This document shows, piece after piece, positions 10,345 to 21,070 of a stretch of 64,000 nucleotides of DNA. Source of the DNA: Promethearchaeota archaeon (lineage in GTDB: Archaea > Asgardarchaeota > Lokiarchaeia > Sigyniarchaeales > SOKP01); the NCBI GenBank assembly GCA_019058245.1, contig JAHPZJ010000030.1:64001-128000 (forward strand), read 5' to 3'. The notes under the pieces are model-generated. The model saw only the letters and a program-made list of their open reading frames with translations. It did no database searches and had not been told where the DNA came from. Position 1 is the first letter of the stretch. The number at the start of each line of letters is the position of its first letter. The position numbers and the translations under genes were made by a program.

Positions 10345-10617
10345 TTAATCTAAAAAACGAGAACAAGTTTTATCAAGTTTTTTTATTAGATGATCTCGAT
10401 CTTTCCAAATGATCCATGTGCTTCCCGATTTTTCGAAATGAAACCCATCATATTCATCTTTAATTTTGGTTAGAGATTTCTTAATGAAACTCCAGGAAAA
10501 GCCAGTATCTTCAACAATTTTAGCAATAGCGATAGGATGATTTATTTCAAGAATTTCATTTAAATATGCTATTATTTTATCTAATCCTGTTTTAGGGGCA
10601 TTTTCTTTTTCAGACAT
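10345..10617 (-). CDS. Small hypothetical protein, winged-HTH-like
   Basis: IAKIVEDTGFSWSFIKKSLTKI resembles an HTH; followed by a beta-hairpin-like FHFEKSGSTWIIW. Confidence 0.6.
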   Translation of the reverse strand: MSEKENAPKTGLDKIIAYLNEILEINHPIAIAKIVEDTGFSWSFIKKSLTKIKDEYDGFHFEKSGSTWIIWKDRDHLIKKLDKTCSRFLD

Positions 10618-10719
10618 TTATAATTCATTTTGATTATTTGGAGTTTTTTTCATCTTTAATAAAAAAGAAGTTGAAATTATTATTTATTTTTTAATTCTAT
10701 AATATTATTCTTTGAATTT

Positions 10720-11904
10720 TCACTTATATTTAAGAAAATCTCCTGTCCGCATCAATTTAGTAGGGCGAAAATAATTTTTCCCCGATTTTTCAGCAAAGTC
10801 TTCTAATAACTTGGACCATTCTTTATATCTATCCTTTCCTAATTCAAATGGACCACGTGAACGCATTCCAGCAATCATAGTTTTATCAATTGTTTCATAA
10901 CTTGACACAATTCCTTCTTCTAAGAGCCTACAGCCTTCATTCATTTGAAGTGCCATAAAACATTCCATATTCGCTAAATTAGCTTTTTTTGCTCCATGAG
11001 TTATAGGCTTTCCATCCTCTGTCCATTCAAGAAAACCTTTTCCTGTTTTTCTTCCTAGATTCCCTTCATCAATTAGTTTGGTTAATGCTTTTCCAGTAGC
11101 AAAATCTGGAGATATATTTTCCTCAAAATATTTCACAGAATTACGTATTACATCTAAACCTAAATAATCTCTTTTAGCAAGCCCTCCCATTTGATTTGGA
11201 ACAACAAGATCTTCATTAAGATCCTTCCATGGAATTCCTTTTTCCATCGCAACATCAGTTAACCAATCTACATATGCTCCACTTGTTATAGTTAATCTAT
11301 TAACGATAAAGCCTGGACTTTCTTTTTCAATCCGGGCGACAAACTTTTTTCCTCCAATGTAAGGAAGCGATTCACCAATGGCCGCACCAATTTCAAAAGT
11401 CTCATCAGAGGTTTCTTTACCTTTAATCAGTTCAATCAATTCAAGTATAGGTATAGGTGTAAAAAAATGCATTCCGACTACTTTTTCAGGTCTACCAGAA
11501 CTAGAGGCAATTTCTGTAATACTCATTGTAGAAGTATTTGTAGCTAGAATCGTGTGTTCTGGAGCGGAATTACCTAATTTTTTAAAAGTTGATTGTTTAA
11601 GATCCATAAATTCTGGTACGGACTCAACTATATAATCGGCTTTAGATGCTTTTTCAAAATCTCTTTCTATAATTAATTTATCCAAAATACTTTTTGCAGA
11701 TTTTTCTCCTAGTAGTCCCTTAGTTTCTAATTTTTTAAGACCTGTTTCAATAAAATTGGCCGCAATGTCTAGGGTTTTCTGAGTTCTTGACCATAGTTTT
11801 ACACTTTCAAATTGATCAGACATGATCCCCACTTGGGCAATTTCACGGCCCATTGTACCAGCACCAATAACTGAAAATTCTTTATATTTACTAATATCTG
11901 TCAT
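10720..11904 (-). CDS. 3-hydroxyacyl-CoA dehydrogenase
   Basis: VIGAGTMG Rossmann motif, ESVPE, ATNTSTMSIT, GMHFF, PGFIVNR, LGRKTGKGF; second C-terminal dimerisation-like repeat. Confidence 0.92.
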   Translation of the reverse strand: MTDISKYKEFSVIGAGTMGREIAQVGIMSDQFESVKLWSRTQKTLDIAANFIETGLKKLETKGLLGEKSAKSILDKLIIERDFEKASKADYIVESVPEFMDLKQSTFKKLGNSAPEHTILATNTSTMSITEIASSSGRPEKVVGMHFFTPIPILELIELIKGKETSDETFEIGAAIGESLPYIGGKKFVARIEKESPGFIVNRLTITSGAYVDWLTDVAMEKGIPWKDLNEDLVVPNQMGGLAKRDYLGLDVIRNSVKYFEENISPDFATGKALTKLIDEGNLGRKTGKGFLEWTEDGKPITHGAKKANLANMECFMALQMNEGCRLLEEGIVSSYETIDKTMIAGMRSRGPFELGKDRYKEWSKLLEDFAEKSGKNYFRPTKLMRTGDFLKYK

Positions 11905-12033
11905 CAGAATATCTTATAATTATTATTTTTTATAAATTAAATAATTTAAGAGGATAATAAAAGTTGTTGTTAAGAATCCCTTTTGAAAAGAATTTTACTT
12001 ATAATACTCTTTGATTTATCTGAATTTAAAATA

Positions 12034-13008
12034 TTAAATAGTATAAATATACCAAGAAAATAGCATTATACTAATCCCTAGAAAAATAGATATTGGCAAA
12101 CCGGGTAATATTTTATTTCTTTTCAATCCTAAAATAGTAAGACCTGTTCCTGAAATTATAGCAATAGCAGTTAAAATCATAACTACTATATTATTTGTCT
12201 GAATAAGGGCACTTGAAGTCAACATACTATAAAAAGCTAGGTCTCCTATCCCAATTTCCAATTTGGATGTATCATACTCATATTCTCCACTTTTAATTTT
12301 TTGTTTTAATTCTGAATCAGATGGAACATTTTGATCTTCTGGAAGTGATGCAATATCAATTAATTGTTTTATAGGTCCATGTTTATATAAAACAGCAAAG
12401 AGATCCCAACAAGAAATTCCGATTAATATGGCTAGAGTTGTCCAAAGAGGCATTATAACCCCCATAGTTGCTCCAATTAATAATCCTATATATAATACGA
12501 CAAAATTTTTTGTTTTTATTGATTCTGAAGTAAAATATTGATAAATCATAAAAATTGTAAAAATTGCTACAAGAATAATCAATTCAATATCAAGGATGTA
12601 AAATAAAAGTGGTGATCTTGAAAATAATAAATAAAGTACAATTTCTCCAAAAAACCAAGTTTGAAAAAACCCGATAAAGGCAAAAGTAAATCCAAAAAGA
12701 TACTTTAGAACACCTATACCTTTTTTTTTTATTATAAATACTATAATAAATGCTGAAACTGTTGCTAATGCTGTAAAAATTATTCCATTTAAAATTCCTC
12801 CTAGGGCACCCATTTCGCTCTCTGGAAGGTAACCCCCATCTACTTGAAATCCATACTCAACGTATGTTATATAAGCTAAAATTCCTGCAACAATTACTAC
12901 AAGTATTATAGGTAATGGATATAATTTTCTAGTTATTCTATATGTAGGAAAAAAGTGAGGGATAGAATCTTTTTTAACAACTTCTTTATCTTCAGAACTT
13001 TCAGCCAT
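12034..13008 (-). CDS. Presenilin-family (GxGD, A22) intramembrane aspartyl protease
   Basis: WDLFAV (YD-equivalent), IGIGDLAFYSML, LPGLPISI (PAL-equivalent); about 9 TM helices. Confidence 0.9.
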   Translation of the reverse strand: MAESSEDKEVVKKDSIPHFFPTYRITRKLYPLPIILVVIVAGILAYITYVEYGFQVDGGYLPESEMGALGGILNGIIFTALATVSAFIIVFIIKKKGIGVLKYLFGFTFAFIGFFQTWFFGEIVLYLLFSRSPLLFYILDIELIILVAIFTIFMIYQYFTSESIKTKNFVVLYIGLLIGATMGVIMPLWTTLAILIGISCWDLFAVLYKHGPIKQLIDIASLPEDQNVPSDSELKQKIKSGEYEYDTSKLEIGIGDLAFYSMLTSSALIQTNNIVVMILTAIAIISGTGLTILGLKRNKILPGLPISIFLGISIMLFSWYIYTI

Positions 13009-13131
13009 TATAAGGATTAGTTATTTAATTAAAATATTAATTTTTCGATTATAATATAAGTATTAGCTTAAATAACTTAAAAATAAAAAATCAAATTATT
13101 CAATTTTTGATTTCAAGAAAGAAACTTCTTA

Positions 13132-13905
13132 TTGACAGTAACTTTAAATATTTTTGTTATGCCAAAACTCCAAAAATATATGAAAAAAATAAGGAGATAT
13201 AAGGAAAAATTAAAGGAATTGATTATTCGTATAGGAATTTCTTACCCGATAGAACTTGAGTTGATTGATGAGACCCTAACAAAACTTATTTTGCCATGCC
13301 ATTTAGGAATAATGTTTTTTGGAGATTTTGATGTATCTTTCTTCAAAAAAATTTCAATTAATTTAAATCAAATATTTGATTCTTTTTTTTTTGATATTAG
13401 AAATTTAGGAAGTTTTAATTTTTCTATAAAACAGTTCTATAAAGGTGTAAAAAAGGAATTTAGAGAATTGAAAAAGACATCTACCAAAATTAAAATACAT
13501 CCAACTAATAAATTCTATCAAATTTTAATTAATAGAAGGAGAGAAGAAAACCTTGGTATGATACTTGCTATAACCGATCTTCCTATATTTTCAAGTACTA
13601 ATAATAATATATTATTTTTATTTGGAGAAGCCAACTTAAAACATCGTTGTTGTATAGTATCATCATTAATATTAAAAGAAGTATTTTATAATAGACAAGC
13701 AAATCGAGTTCTAGTTGAGAAACGTATTATTAAAGAAATAATCCACGAGGTTGGTCATTTAGTTTTAGGTCCTGATCATTGTGATAATCTCTCTTGCGTG
13801 ATGAGATTTTCCAAAAATATTGAGGAAATTGACCAAAAAAAAAAGGAATTATGTAAAAAATGTAAGATTAAATTAAACAAAATAAAAGATGATTTTAATT
13901 TCTAG
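13132..13905 (+). CDS. Archaemetzincin-like Zn metalloprotease (M54)
   Basis: HEVGHLVLGPDHC-x4-CVM, C-terminal LCKKC, FLFGEA; start uncertain (ATG at 13159 possible). Confidence 0.85.
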   Translation: MTVTLNIFVMPKLQKYMKKIRRYKEKLKELIIRIGISYPIELELIDETLTKLILPCHLGIMFFGDFDVSFFKKISINLNQIFDSFFFDIRNLGSFNFSIKQFYKGVKKEFRELKKTSTKIKIHPTNKFYQILINRRREENLGMILAITDLPIFSSTNNNILFLFGEANLKHRCCIVSSLILKEVFYNRQANRVLVEKRIIKEIIHEVGHLVLGPDHCDNLSCVMRFSKNIEEIDQKKKELCKKCKIKLNKIKDDFNF

Positions 13906-13922
13906 AAGATATACAATAATAA

Positions 13923-15173
13923 TTAAAAACTAACGATTGGTAATTTATGGACAAAATCTTTAACTAATTCAACTCGTTCTTTCCTTTCCTTATTATAATA
14001 TCTCAAGGGATAAAGTTCATTAATAATAAATTTATAGAGTTTTATCCAAGTCTTGGCAACTTTGCTAATTCTATAATTTTGCGCCACCATTTTAGAGTGA
14101 ATTCCCATTTCTGCACGTAGATCGTCATCTTTAAATAATTCCACAATCCTTTTTTTGAATTCATCAAGATTATCAGCAAGATATCCTGTTTTGCCATGTT
14201 TAATTACATTTGAAATACCCACTGCATTTGCTCCGACGCAAGGTGTTCCTTGTGCCATTGCTTCAATTAGAACTAATCCTTCTGCTTCAATCCAAGACCA
14301 AAGACAAGCTAAATCGGCTGTATTGTATAATTTTAATAAATCTGTAAAAGGAACTCGACCTAAATAAGAAACTATATCCTTATAATTTTTCTTTTTAATC
14401 AACTTTAAAACTGCTGTAGATGAAGGTCCATCGCTCCCAACTAGGACTAAATGTGAATCCGGGACTTCTTTTTGAATTTTTTTAAAGGTTTTTATTACAT
14501 TCAAATGATATTTTTCAGGGGATAGCCTAGAAACATATAAAAGTATTTTTTTACTGTCTAAATTATATTTATCTCGTATCCCATTTTCCTTTACATCTGA
14601 AAAATATAAATCTGAAATTCCATTAGTTAAACATACTATTGGTTCTTTAAATCTTTGGTCTCTAAGTAAATCCTTTTTTGATTTTGTTGGCACAGAGACT
14701 AGATCATACTTATCTAAAACATGTCTTTCATACCGCCAAACCCAATCCATTCTTGCCAATAATTTGCCAAATATGGGAATATATTGTGCTGTATAAAAGG
14801 ATAACGGAGAGTTATGTGTTCCTGTCATCGGAATACCCAAATATTTTGCCCAATTGATTGCCATAGAACCAAAACTAGCATGTGTATGGATATGAGCAAT
14901 ATCTAAATAATCATGATTACAAAAAAAATATTTGTGTATTGGAAAACTTAATACTACTCCTGTTTTAGGTGAGATCTTAGCCCCAAAGAAGTTATGGAGG
15001 TGCAAATTCTTGGGAATGTTTTTAGGTTTTTCTATTCCTGGCGCATAAACATGAATGTCATGTCCGGTATATTTAGCCATTGCCTCAGCAAGGTTTCTAC
15101 AAGCAATTGCAGTACCATTTACTTGTGAATACATTGAAGTGAAAAATCCGATATTTAGCTTTTGTTTAACCAT
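13923..15173 (-). CDS. GT4-family glycosyltransferase
   Basis: QVNGTA, HIHT, THNS, YVSRLSPEK, EAEGLVLIEAMAQGTP. Confidence 0.9.
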   Translation of the reverse strand: MVKQKLNIGFFTSMYSQVNGTAIACRNLAEAMAKYTGHDIHVYAPGIEKPKNIPKNLHLHNFFGAKISPKTGVVLSFPIHKYFFCNHDYLDIAHIHTHASFGSMAINWAKYLGIPMTGTHNSPLSFYTAQYIPIFGKLLARMDWVWRYERHVLDKYDLVSVPTKSKKDLLRDQRFKEPIVCLTNGISDLYFSDVKENGIRDKYNLDSKKILLYVSRLSPEKYHLNVIKTFKKIQKEVPDSHLVLVGSDGPSSTAVLKLIKKKNYKDIVSYLGRVPFTDLLKLYNTADLACLWSWIEAEGLVLIEAMAQGTPCVGANAVGISNVIKHGKTGYLADNLDEFKKRIVELFKDDDLRAEMGIHSKMVAQNYRISKVAKTWIKLYKFIINELYPLRYYNKERKERVELVKDFVHKLPIVSF

Positions 15174-15541
15174 TATGCTTCGATAGGTAAATGATTGAAC
15201 TATCTAGAAAAAAATATTTTGATAGAAAAAACATGTTTTTTTACTATATTTTAATTAAACATATGTTTATTTAAAAAGATATAAAGTTTAATAAAAAAAA
15301 CTCGGATTTTTAATAAGATTTGTATAGTTAAATATTATGCTATTTAATGTTAATCTTATATTATATTTATTTCTCCTTAATTATAATAATATGGGGATAT
15401 AATATTACTATTTAGATAATATCAAACCACAGATTTAAAGATAAAATTTTCTATAATTCTTATTAGTAATAATTTACAAAATAAGTAAAATTGAATAATA
15501 AATTAATAAAATTTTTTTGTATTGGAATATGATTTAATAAC

Positions 15542-15721
15542 ATGGATCTGCAAAAAGAAAAGGAAATTATTGATGAAATCATGAATCAACGAAGGTTATC
15601 TTATTCTATCGAAATATTAGATATTCAAGGAAATAAATATACCGTTCGTAATAATTTCGGTTCTTCAATTGTATATGTGAAGAAGGGCGATCATTTTTTT
15701 TTAGAGGGAGAAATAGACTAA
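15542..15721 (+). CDS. Small hypothetical protein (59 aa), not in ORF track
   Basis: ATG..TAA encoding MDLQKEKEIIDEIMNQRRLSYSIEILDIQGNKYTVRNNFGSSIVYVKKGDHFFLEGEID; coding-like island within very AT-rich DNA. Confidence 0.7.
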   Translation: MDLQKEKEIIDEIMNQRRLSYSIEILDIQGNKYTVRNNFGSSIVYVKKGDHFFLEGEID

Positions 15722-15914
15722 AAATCTACATATTTTTATTCATACTATTCAATATCTCAGTTTTATTTTAAAAATTATTTATTTTTTAGGCTATTATGTT
15801 TTTAATTCAAAAAATTAAAAATATTATAATATTTATTAGTTAAGAATATAAAATAATAATTTTATAAATTAATTAACTGAAAGAAGATACTTAAATAATT
15901 TTAGTTGATAAAAA

Positions 15915-17048
15915 ATTCGAAGAAGAAGAGCAGCATCAAATGCTACGGAAGGTAAATTCATTGAAAAATTTCGGGCAGTTATAGATGATAATACCTCCCT
16001 TACTATCTATAATAAAAAAAAAAGATCATTTTGCATTATACGAAGGGATTTAGCAAAATCTTATGAAATTGAGGTTGATGCTTCTGAAGCACCAATATTA
16101 AATAAGATGTTAAGTGATCCAGAACCCTATGAAAGCTCAATTGCAGATGTTAAAATCTTAGAGGATGAAATATTCCCAATAAATGAAGCATTTCTGAAAA
16201 TATTTGGAGACGATAAAGATCTAAAACTAAACTCAATCAAATTAGCTATTGGCAGCAATTACAATGACTATGTTACAATTGAAGAGAGTGATTTAGTTAA
16301 ATTTGACGTTAAACCAACTCTTACTGGTTTATTAGATTTTATCAAAGGTAATAGGGAAAGTATTTTAGGATTTTTAGATTGTGAATATATTAGTGAAGAA
16401 GGTAATGTTATTTACTTAAATTGTGGAAAAAAGAATGTATCTGAGAATGTGTATTCTATAAAAGTCCTGATTCTAGCTTCTATGCAACAGAGAGGATTTT
16501 TTCTTCAGCAAGAACACAAATACTATGGTCTTCAGCTTTATATTATTATAGAATCAAGAACACCTAATGATAATTTATTGCTTGAGTTATTAAAAGAATT
16601 AAATATAGATTGGGAAGTAATGTTTTTTAGAAGAAAACTGGCAATTCATGATTGGACTGAGATTGAATGTGAAAAAAACTCTGAAAATCTTAAAAGTTTT
16701 CTTCGTGCTAAATATGAATCTTTAAATTATTTTGATGTGAATAATATTATTCGTCTAGTTGTTAAAAATCAATTGCCATTCAAAGTAGCAAATAAAATGG
16801 CTTCTTTATTATATAAAATGAAAAGTGAAAGATCCCTTAGATTTCATGAAAAAAAATTCCAGGAAAATCCATATGAAAATGACCCGGTACAACAAGATGA
16901 ATATTCCATAACTCTTAAAAAAGCAGAAGTAGCTGCTGCAGCAAAATTAGCATGTGCATATTTAGGAATTCAAAAGAAAATTAAATTCGATAGAGATATT
17001 TCTGTGGATGAAATACTGAAATATGAAGCAGAAATAAATAATATGTGA
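15915..17048 (+). CDS. Hypothetical protein; frame open from 15912, possible ATT start at 15915 (track start 16107)
   Basis: 65 stop-free in-frame codons precede the ATG at 16107, with no ATG/GTG/TTG among them. Confidence 0.6.
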   Translation: MRRRRAASNATEGKFIEKFRAVIDDNTSLTIYNKKKRSFCIIRRDLAKSYEIEVDASEAPILNKMLSDPEPYESSIADVKILEDEIFPINEAFLKIFGDDKDLKLNSIKLAIGSNYNDYVTIEESDLVKFDVKPTLTGLLDFIKGNRESILGFLDCEYISEEGNVIYLNCGKKNVSENVYSIKVLILASMQQRGFFLQQEHKYYGLQLYIIIESRTPNDNLLLELLKELNIDWEVMFFRRKLAIHDWTEIECEKNSENLKSFLRAKYESLNYFDVNNIIRLVVKNQLPFKVANKMASLLYKMKSERSLRFHEKKFQENPYENDPVQQDEYSITLKKAEVAAAAKLACAYLGIQKKIKFDRDISVDEILKYEAEINNM

Positions 17049-17108
17049 TTTTATTTGATTTTTAAATTAATAAATAAAAAAACTTGAGAAATTAACAAAT
17101 CATTTTTT

Positions 17109-18104
17109 TTAATTTAGCTTATAAGATTGTTTTAATAGCTCGTGATTTACTTCTCCTACTGTAATACTTTTACCTGTATTGATATTTGTTATTGTGTATT
17201 TTGCGGGAGCAAATAATCCTGGATCAATCTCATAGAAATTATAATTTACGGCTTTAAAAGTATCGAGAAATGGTTTTCCGTAACTAGAGGATGTATTTGC
17301 CGGAGCTTTTTTAGCTAATTCGAATAATTCTTCTTCTTTTTCCTTGTCAACATTAATTGTATAATATGTCGATCCCGCAGTAATAATAGAGTCATTTGTA
17401 CGTCCCATCGCACCAAGATCATCTTTAGCAATAGGTGCAATGGTAGTGGTTCCAAAACCATGACTTATTACTTCTATAGGAAATTTAATTTCGTGTAATT
17501 TATGTATACCTGTTTCTACAATTCTAGCAGCAACCTGTATAGATCCTGTCAAACAGGCAGTTGGCGCACAAGCTGCATAAGTGTAGCTAGGATCAACTCC
17601 ACATTTTTTTGCCACAATATCCATAACTTCAGTATTTGGTAATTTTGGGGTTTCAAAAACAATCACAGCACAATTAGAATTATCAGTATAATTTATTTCT
17701 TCAAAAATCTTTTCTACCTTAGCCTTTGCGCGAGCAGGTCCAGATCCTAAAGATTGAAACACAACTTTTTTTTTTAATTGTCCTTCTTTTTCTACTTCTT
17801 TTTTCAGTTTAACACTCCATCCTGCTAACTGAGATGCCATACAGGAAATTATTGGTTCGGAAGTAAAAACATTTACGCTTGGTATGTAATGACCATCTAA
17901 ATCATAAGAAGAAAACTCAATTGTACCTAATCCCCCCATACAAATCTCTCCTAGAAGTTTCCCTCCGATCCAAGAAGCATTTGCCATATCGAGAATTGTT
18001 GAGTCATTATCTAGTTTATTAACTTTTACGTTATAAATCTCCTTATTTTCTATGATTTTATCAATTATTTGCTTAGTTAGTTCATTAATTTTTATATGGT
18101 GCAC
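17109..18104 (-). CDS. mch: Methenyl-H4MPT cyclohydrolase
   Basis: ICMGGLG, CMASQLAGW, GSGPARA, APTACLTGSIQVAARIVETGIHK, AMGRTND, FYEIDPGLFAPA. Confidence 0.95.
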   Translation of the reverse strand: MHHIKINELTKQIIDKIIENKEIYNVKVNKLDNDSTILDMANASWIGGKLLGEICMGGLGTIEFSSYDLDGHYIPSVNVFTSEPIISCMASQLAGWSVKLKKEVEKEGQLKKKVVFQSLGSGPARAKAKVEKIFEEINYTDNSNCAVIVFETPKLPNTEVMDIVAKKCGVDPSYTYAACAPTACLTGSIQVAARIVETGIHKLHEIKFPIEVISHGFGTTTIAPIAKDDLGAMGRTNDSIITAGSTYYTINVDKEKEEELFELAKKAPANTSSSYGKPFLDTFKAVNYNFYEIDPGLFAPAKYTITNINTGKSITVGEVNHELLKQSYKLN

Positions 18105-18211
18105 TTATTTTCACTTTATTAAATTTACTTTTTTTAATTGAGTATTTATTATTATTTTGATAATGTAATATATTATAATATTAATTTTGCATTTATGACT
18201 TTCTTCCATTA

Positions 18212-19735
18212 ATGAAGATGAATGATTTAAAAAAAAAAATGGATAAGCTTTTTGAAGCAATTGAAATTGAAAAAAATTACTTCCTAATTAATATAAAGGA
18301 AAACAATTTATCTGTTCATATATACACTCATTTAGATTCTGATGGTTTAAGCTCAGGAGCAATTCTCGGTAAAGCATTGTACAGAGAAAATATACCGTTT
18401 CAAATTACAGTTTTACGTCAATTAGAGAAAGAAGAAATATTAAAAATAACCAAAAATGTTAGAGAATTAAAAAAATTCCTAATTTTTTCTGATTTTGGTA
18501 GTGGTCAATATCTAGAACTTCAAAATCAGCTAGTTTTAAATGAAAAATTTAAATCCTTTATTATACTCGACCATCATATTCCCCAGAAAGTATCTTCTAA
18601 AGAAGATATTGATTTGATCGAGGAAATTCATAAAAAAACTTTTCAATGGCAAATTAATCCCTATTTTTTTAATATTAATGGAAGTTCAGAAATATCTGGC
18701 GCAGGTATATGTTATTTATTTGCTAAGTCTTTAAATAAAAAAAATATAGATTTATCTTCAATCGCACTTATTGGAGCAATGGGAGATATTCAAAATCAGG
18801 GTCCAAATAAGTCTTTTTTAGGGATAAATACATATATTTTAGAAGATGCAAAAAATAGTGGACTTATTGAAATTACAAATGATTTGAATTTTTCTTCAAT
18901 AAAACCACTAAACGAAGCAATAGCTTATTCGAGTGAAATAAAATTGCCAGGATTAACAGGAGATGTTAATAGAACTCTGATATTTCTGCAAACTTTAGGT
19001 ATTTTGATGGAAGATTCAAATGGTAATATTCGCACATTAAATGAACTTAATCAAGATGAAAAACAAAAGATTTCTACTGCAATTATTGAATATGCCGCAA
19101 TGAAACTTGATGTTGAACCAAGTGCTATCGTTAAGAAATTAATTATTAACCGATATTTACTAAAAAATGAAATAGTTGGATCTGAATTTCATGATTTAAC
19201 AGAATTTTCCAATCTTTTGAATGCATGTGGACGAACCAATAGTGCGTCATTAGGAATTGCTATTGCGATGGGAGATAGAAAAAAGGCTTATCAGAAATCT
19301 CAAGAAGTGCATTCTAATTACAAAAAATCTTTATTTAACAGTATAAGGTGGATTCAGGATAATCATAAAATACAACATAAGGAATATATTCAATATTTTT
19401 TCGGAGAAGATGTTATCCCTGAAAATATTATTGGAACAGTTACATCTATGCTAGTATTCGAGAAATTTGAAGGTTTTGATATAACAAAACCAATTTTTGG
19501 TTTAGCAAAAAGAGAAGGTGAAAATATTTATAAAGTATCAGGAAGAGCACATGATAAAATAGTATCAAAAGGGGTAAATCTTTCTCAAGCTATTAGAGAG
19601 GCATGTGAACTTTCAAATTTAGATGTATTAGGTGGTGGACATCCCCCAGCAGCAGGAACAAAAATTCCTATTGATAAATCGGACGAGTTTCTGGAAAATT
19701 GTAACATAATTATTGAAAGCCAATTAAATAAATAA
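18212..19735 (+). CDS. Archaeal RecJ-like DHH/DHHA1 nuclease (GAN/HAN/Cdc45-related family)
   Basis: HLDSDG, SDFGSG, LDHH, GAMGDIQ, LLNACGR, GGGHPPAAG. Confidence 0.9.
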   Translation: MKMNDLKKKMDKLFEAIEIEKNYFLINIKENNLSVHIYTHLDSDGLSSGAILGKALYRENIPFQITVLRQLEKEEILKITKNVRELKKFLIFSDFGSGQYLELQNQLVLNEKFKSFIILDHHIPQKVSSKEDIDLIEEIHKKTFQWQINPYFFNINGSSEISGAGICYLFAKSLNKKNIDLSSIALIGAMGDIQNQGPNKSFLGINTYILEDAKNSGLIEITNDLNFSSIKPLNEAIAYSSEIKLPGLTGDVNRTLIFLQTLGILMEDSNGNIRTLNELNQDEKQKISTAIIEYAAMKLDVEPSAIVKKLIINRYLLKNEIVGSEFHDLTEFSNLLNACGRTNSASLGIAIAMGDRKKAYQKSQEVHSNYKKSLFNSIRWIQDNHKIQHKEYIQYFFGEDVIPENIIGTVTSMLVFEKFEGFDITKPIFGLAKREGENIYKVSGRAHDKIVSKGVNLSQAIREACELSNLDVLGGGHPPAAGTKIPIDKSDEFLENCNIIIESQLNK

Positions 19736-19762
19736 TAATATTTTTATTTTTAAAGAATAATT

Positions 19763-21070
19763 TTAGACTTGATATACTTCTCCCGTTTCAGGAGCTACTG
19801 AATTATAATTTTTATTAGCCAATTCACTTGCTAAGTAAGTAGTTGATTTATTGTCCCCATGAATACAAAAAATATCTCTATTTGAATTTTCTCGGAAATC
19901 TAAACCTTTAATATAATTATGGATTTGGATATTATCAGAGTGGCTTGAAAAATCGAAGTAATCATATTCACATCTAGCTTCGATATTTAAATCAAATGAA
20001 TTTTTCCGATTTCTTCTTGATTCCTTAAATTCAAAAATTCCATTGTCTAATAATTTCCTTCCTGGTGTTCCTTCTACTTGATACCCAACTAAATATACTG
20101 CTGAAAAGGGATCTGGTAAGATTGATTGGATATAATCAATTGCATTACCTCCTTTAAGCATTCCAGAAGGTGAAATAATGACACCATTTTTATTTTTAAT
20201 ATTTGCCCTAATTTTAGCTTTAGAAACAAATTGAGTTTTCTTTAAGGCTTTTTTAAATAAATCGATATTTTTTATAAAATCGGGGTAATTTAAATATAAC
20301 ATTGATATTTTTCTTGCTAAACCATCAATAAAAATTGTTCCATCATAATTATATTTTTCCAAAATTAACATTGCTTCTTGAGAGCGTGCAACTCCAAATG
20401 CTGGAATTAAAACTTTCCCACCGTTATCAGTAATATTAAAAATTTTTTCCACAAACTCTTTTTCCAATTTTTCTCTTGGAGGATGTTGCTTAAGAGCATA
20501 TGTAGATTCTATAATCAAGGTATCTATCTCAGGGATATTCCGAGAATTTGCTGAATTTGTTAAATTAGTAGTTTGCAAATTGATATCACCTGAATATAAA
20601 ATCTTTTTATTATCTACTTCAATTAAAATGGATACACTTCCAGGAATGTGGCCTGCGTTAATAAATGTTATAAAAAAATTATCATGAATCTTTTGACGAT
20701 TTCCATTTTTTAGAAAAATAGAATTTTGTACTAAAGAATCTAATTCTCGATACCCAAATGGATAATTAAAATTTGATATTTTAATCATATCTTTTATCAG
20801 AACTTCTGATACAGCTAGACTGATTGAATTTGTAAAAAAAGGGATATTTTTAGTCTTATATAAAAAAGGTAGGGCACCAGAATGATCAATATGGCAATGA
20901 GTTAAAGCAACTGCTTTTAGATTATCTATATTTGTTTCGTATGGGAGCCTTTCATCTCCATGAAATCGTATCCCATAATCCAACATACATTTAACACCAC
21001 TTTTAGATTCGACTAGAATAGCACTACGTCCGACTTCTCTACATCCTCCTAGAAATGAAATATTTACCAT
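19763..21070 (-). CDS. Metallo-beta-lactamase beta-CASP ribonuclease without KH domains (aCPSF2-like)
   Basis: LGGCREVGRS, THCHIDHSG, AGHIPGS, SGD, ESTY, SGML, GYQVEGTPG, FSSHSD, IHGD. Confidence 0.9.
   Translation of the reverse strand: MVNISFLGGCREVGRSAILVESKSGVKCMLDYGIRFHGDERLPYETNIDNLKAVALTHCHIDHSGALPFLYKTKNIPFFTNSISLAVSEVLIKDMIKISNFNYPFGYRELDSLVQNSIFLKNGNRQKIHDNFFITFINAGHIPGSVSILIEVDNKKILYSGDINLQTTNLTNSANSRNIPEIDTLIIESTYALKQHPPREKLEKEFVEKIFNITDNGGKVLIPAFGVARSQEAMLILEKYNYDGTIFIDGLARKISMLYLNYPDFIKNIDLFKKALKKTQFVSKAKIRANIKNKNGVIISPSGMLKGGNAIDYIQSILPDPFSAVYLVGYQVEGTPGRKLLDNGIFEFKESRRNRKNSFDLNIEARCEYDYFDFSSHSDNIQIHNYIKGLDFRENSNRDIFCIHGDNKSTTYLASELANKNYNSVAPETGEVYQV

Noticed and set aside
19763-21070. 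beta-CASP nuclease as the termination factor aCPSF1/FttA
   Set aside because: Only 435 aa and lacks the N-terminal KH domains; fits the aCPSF2-like group
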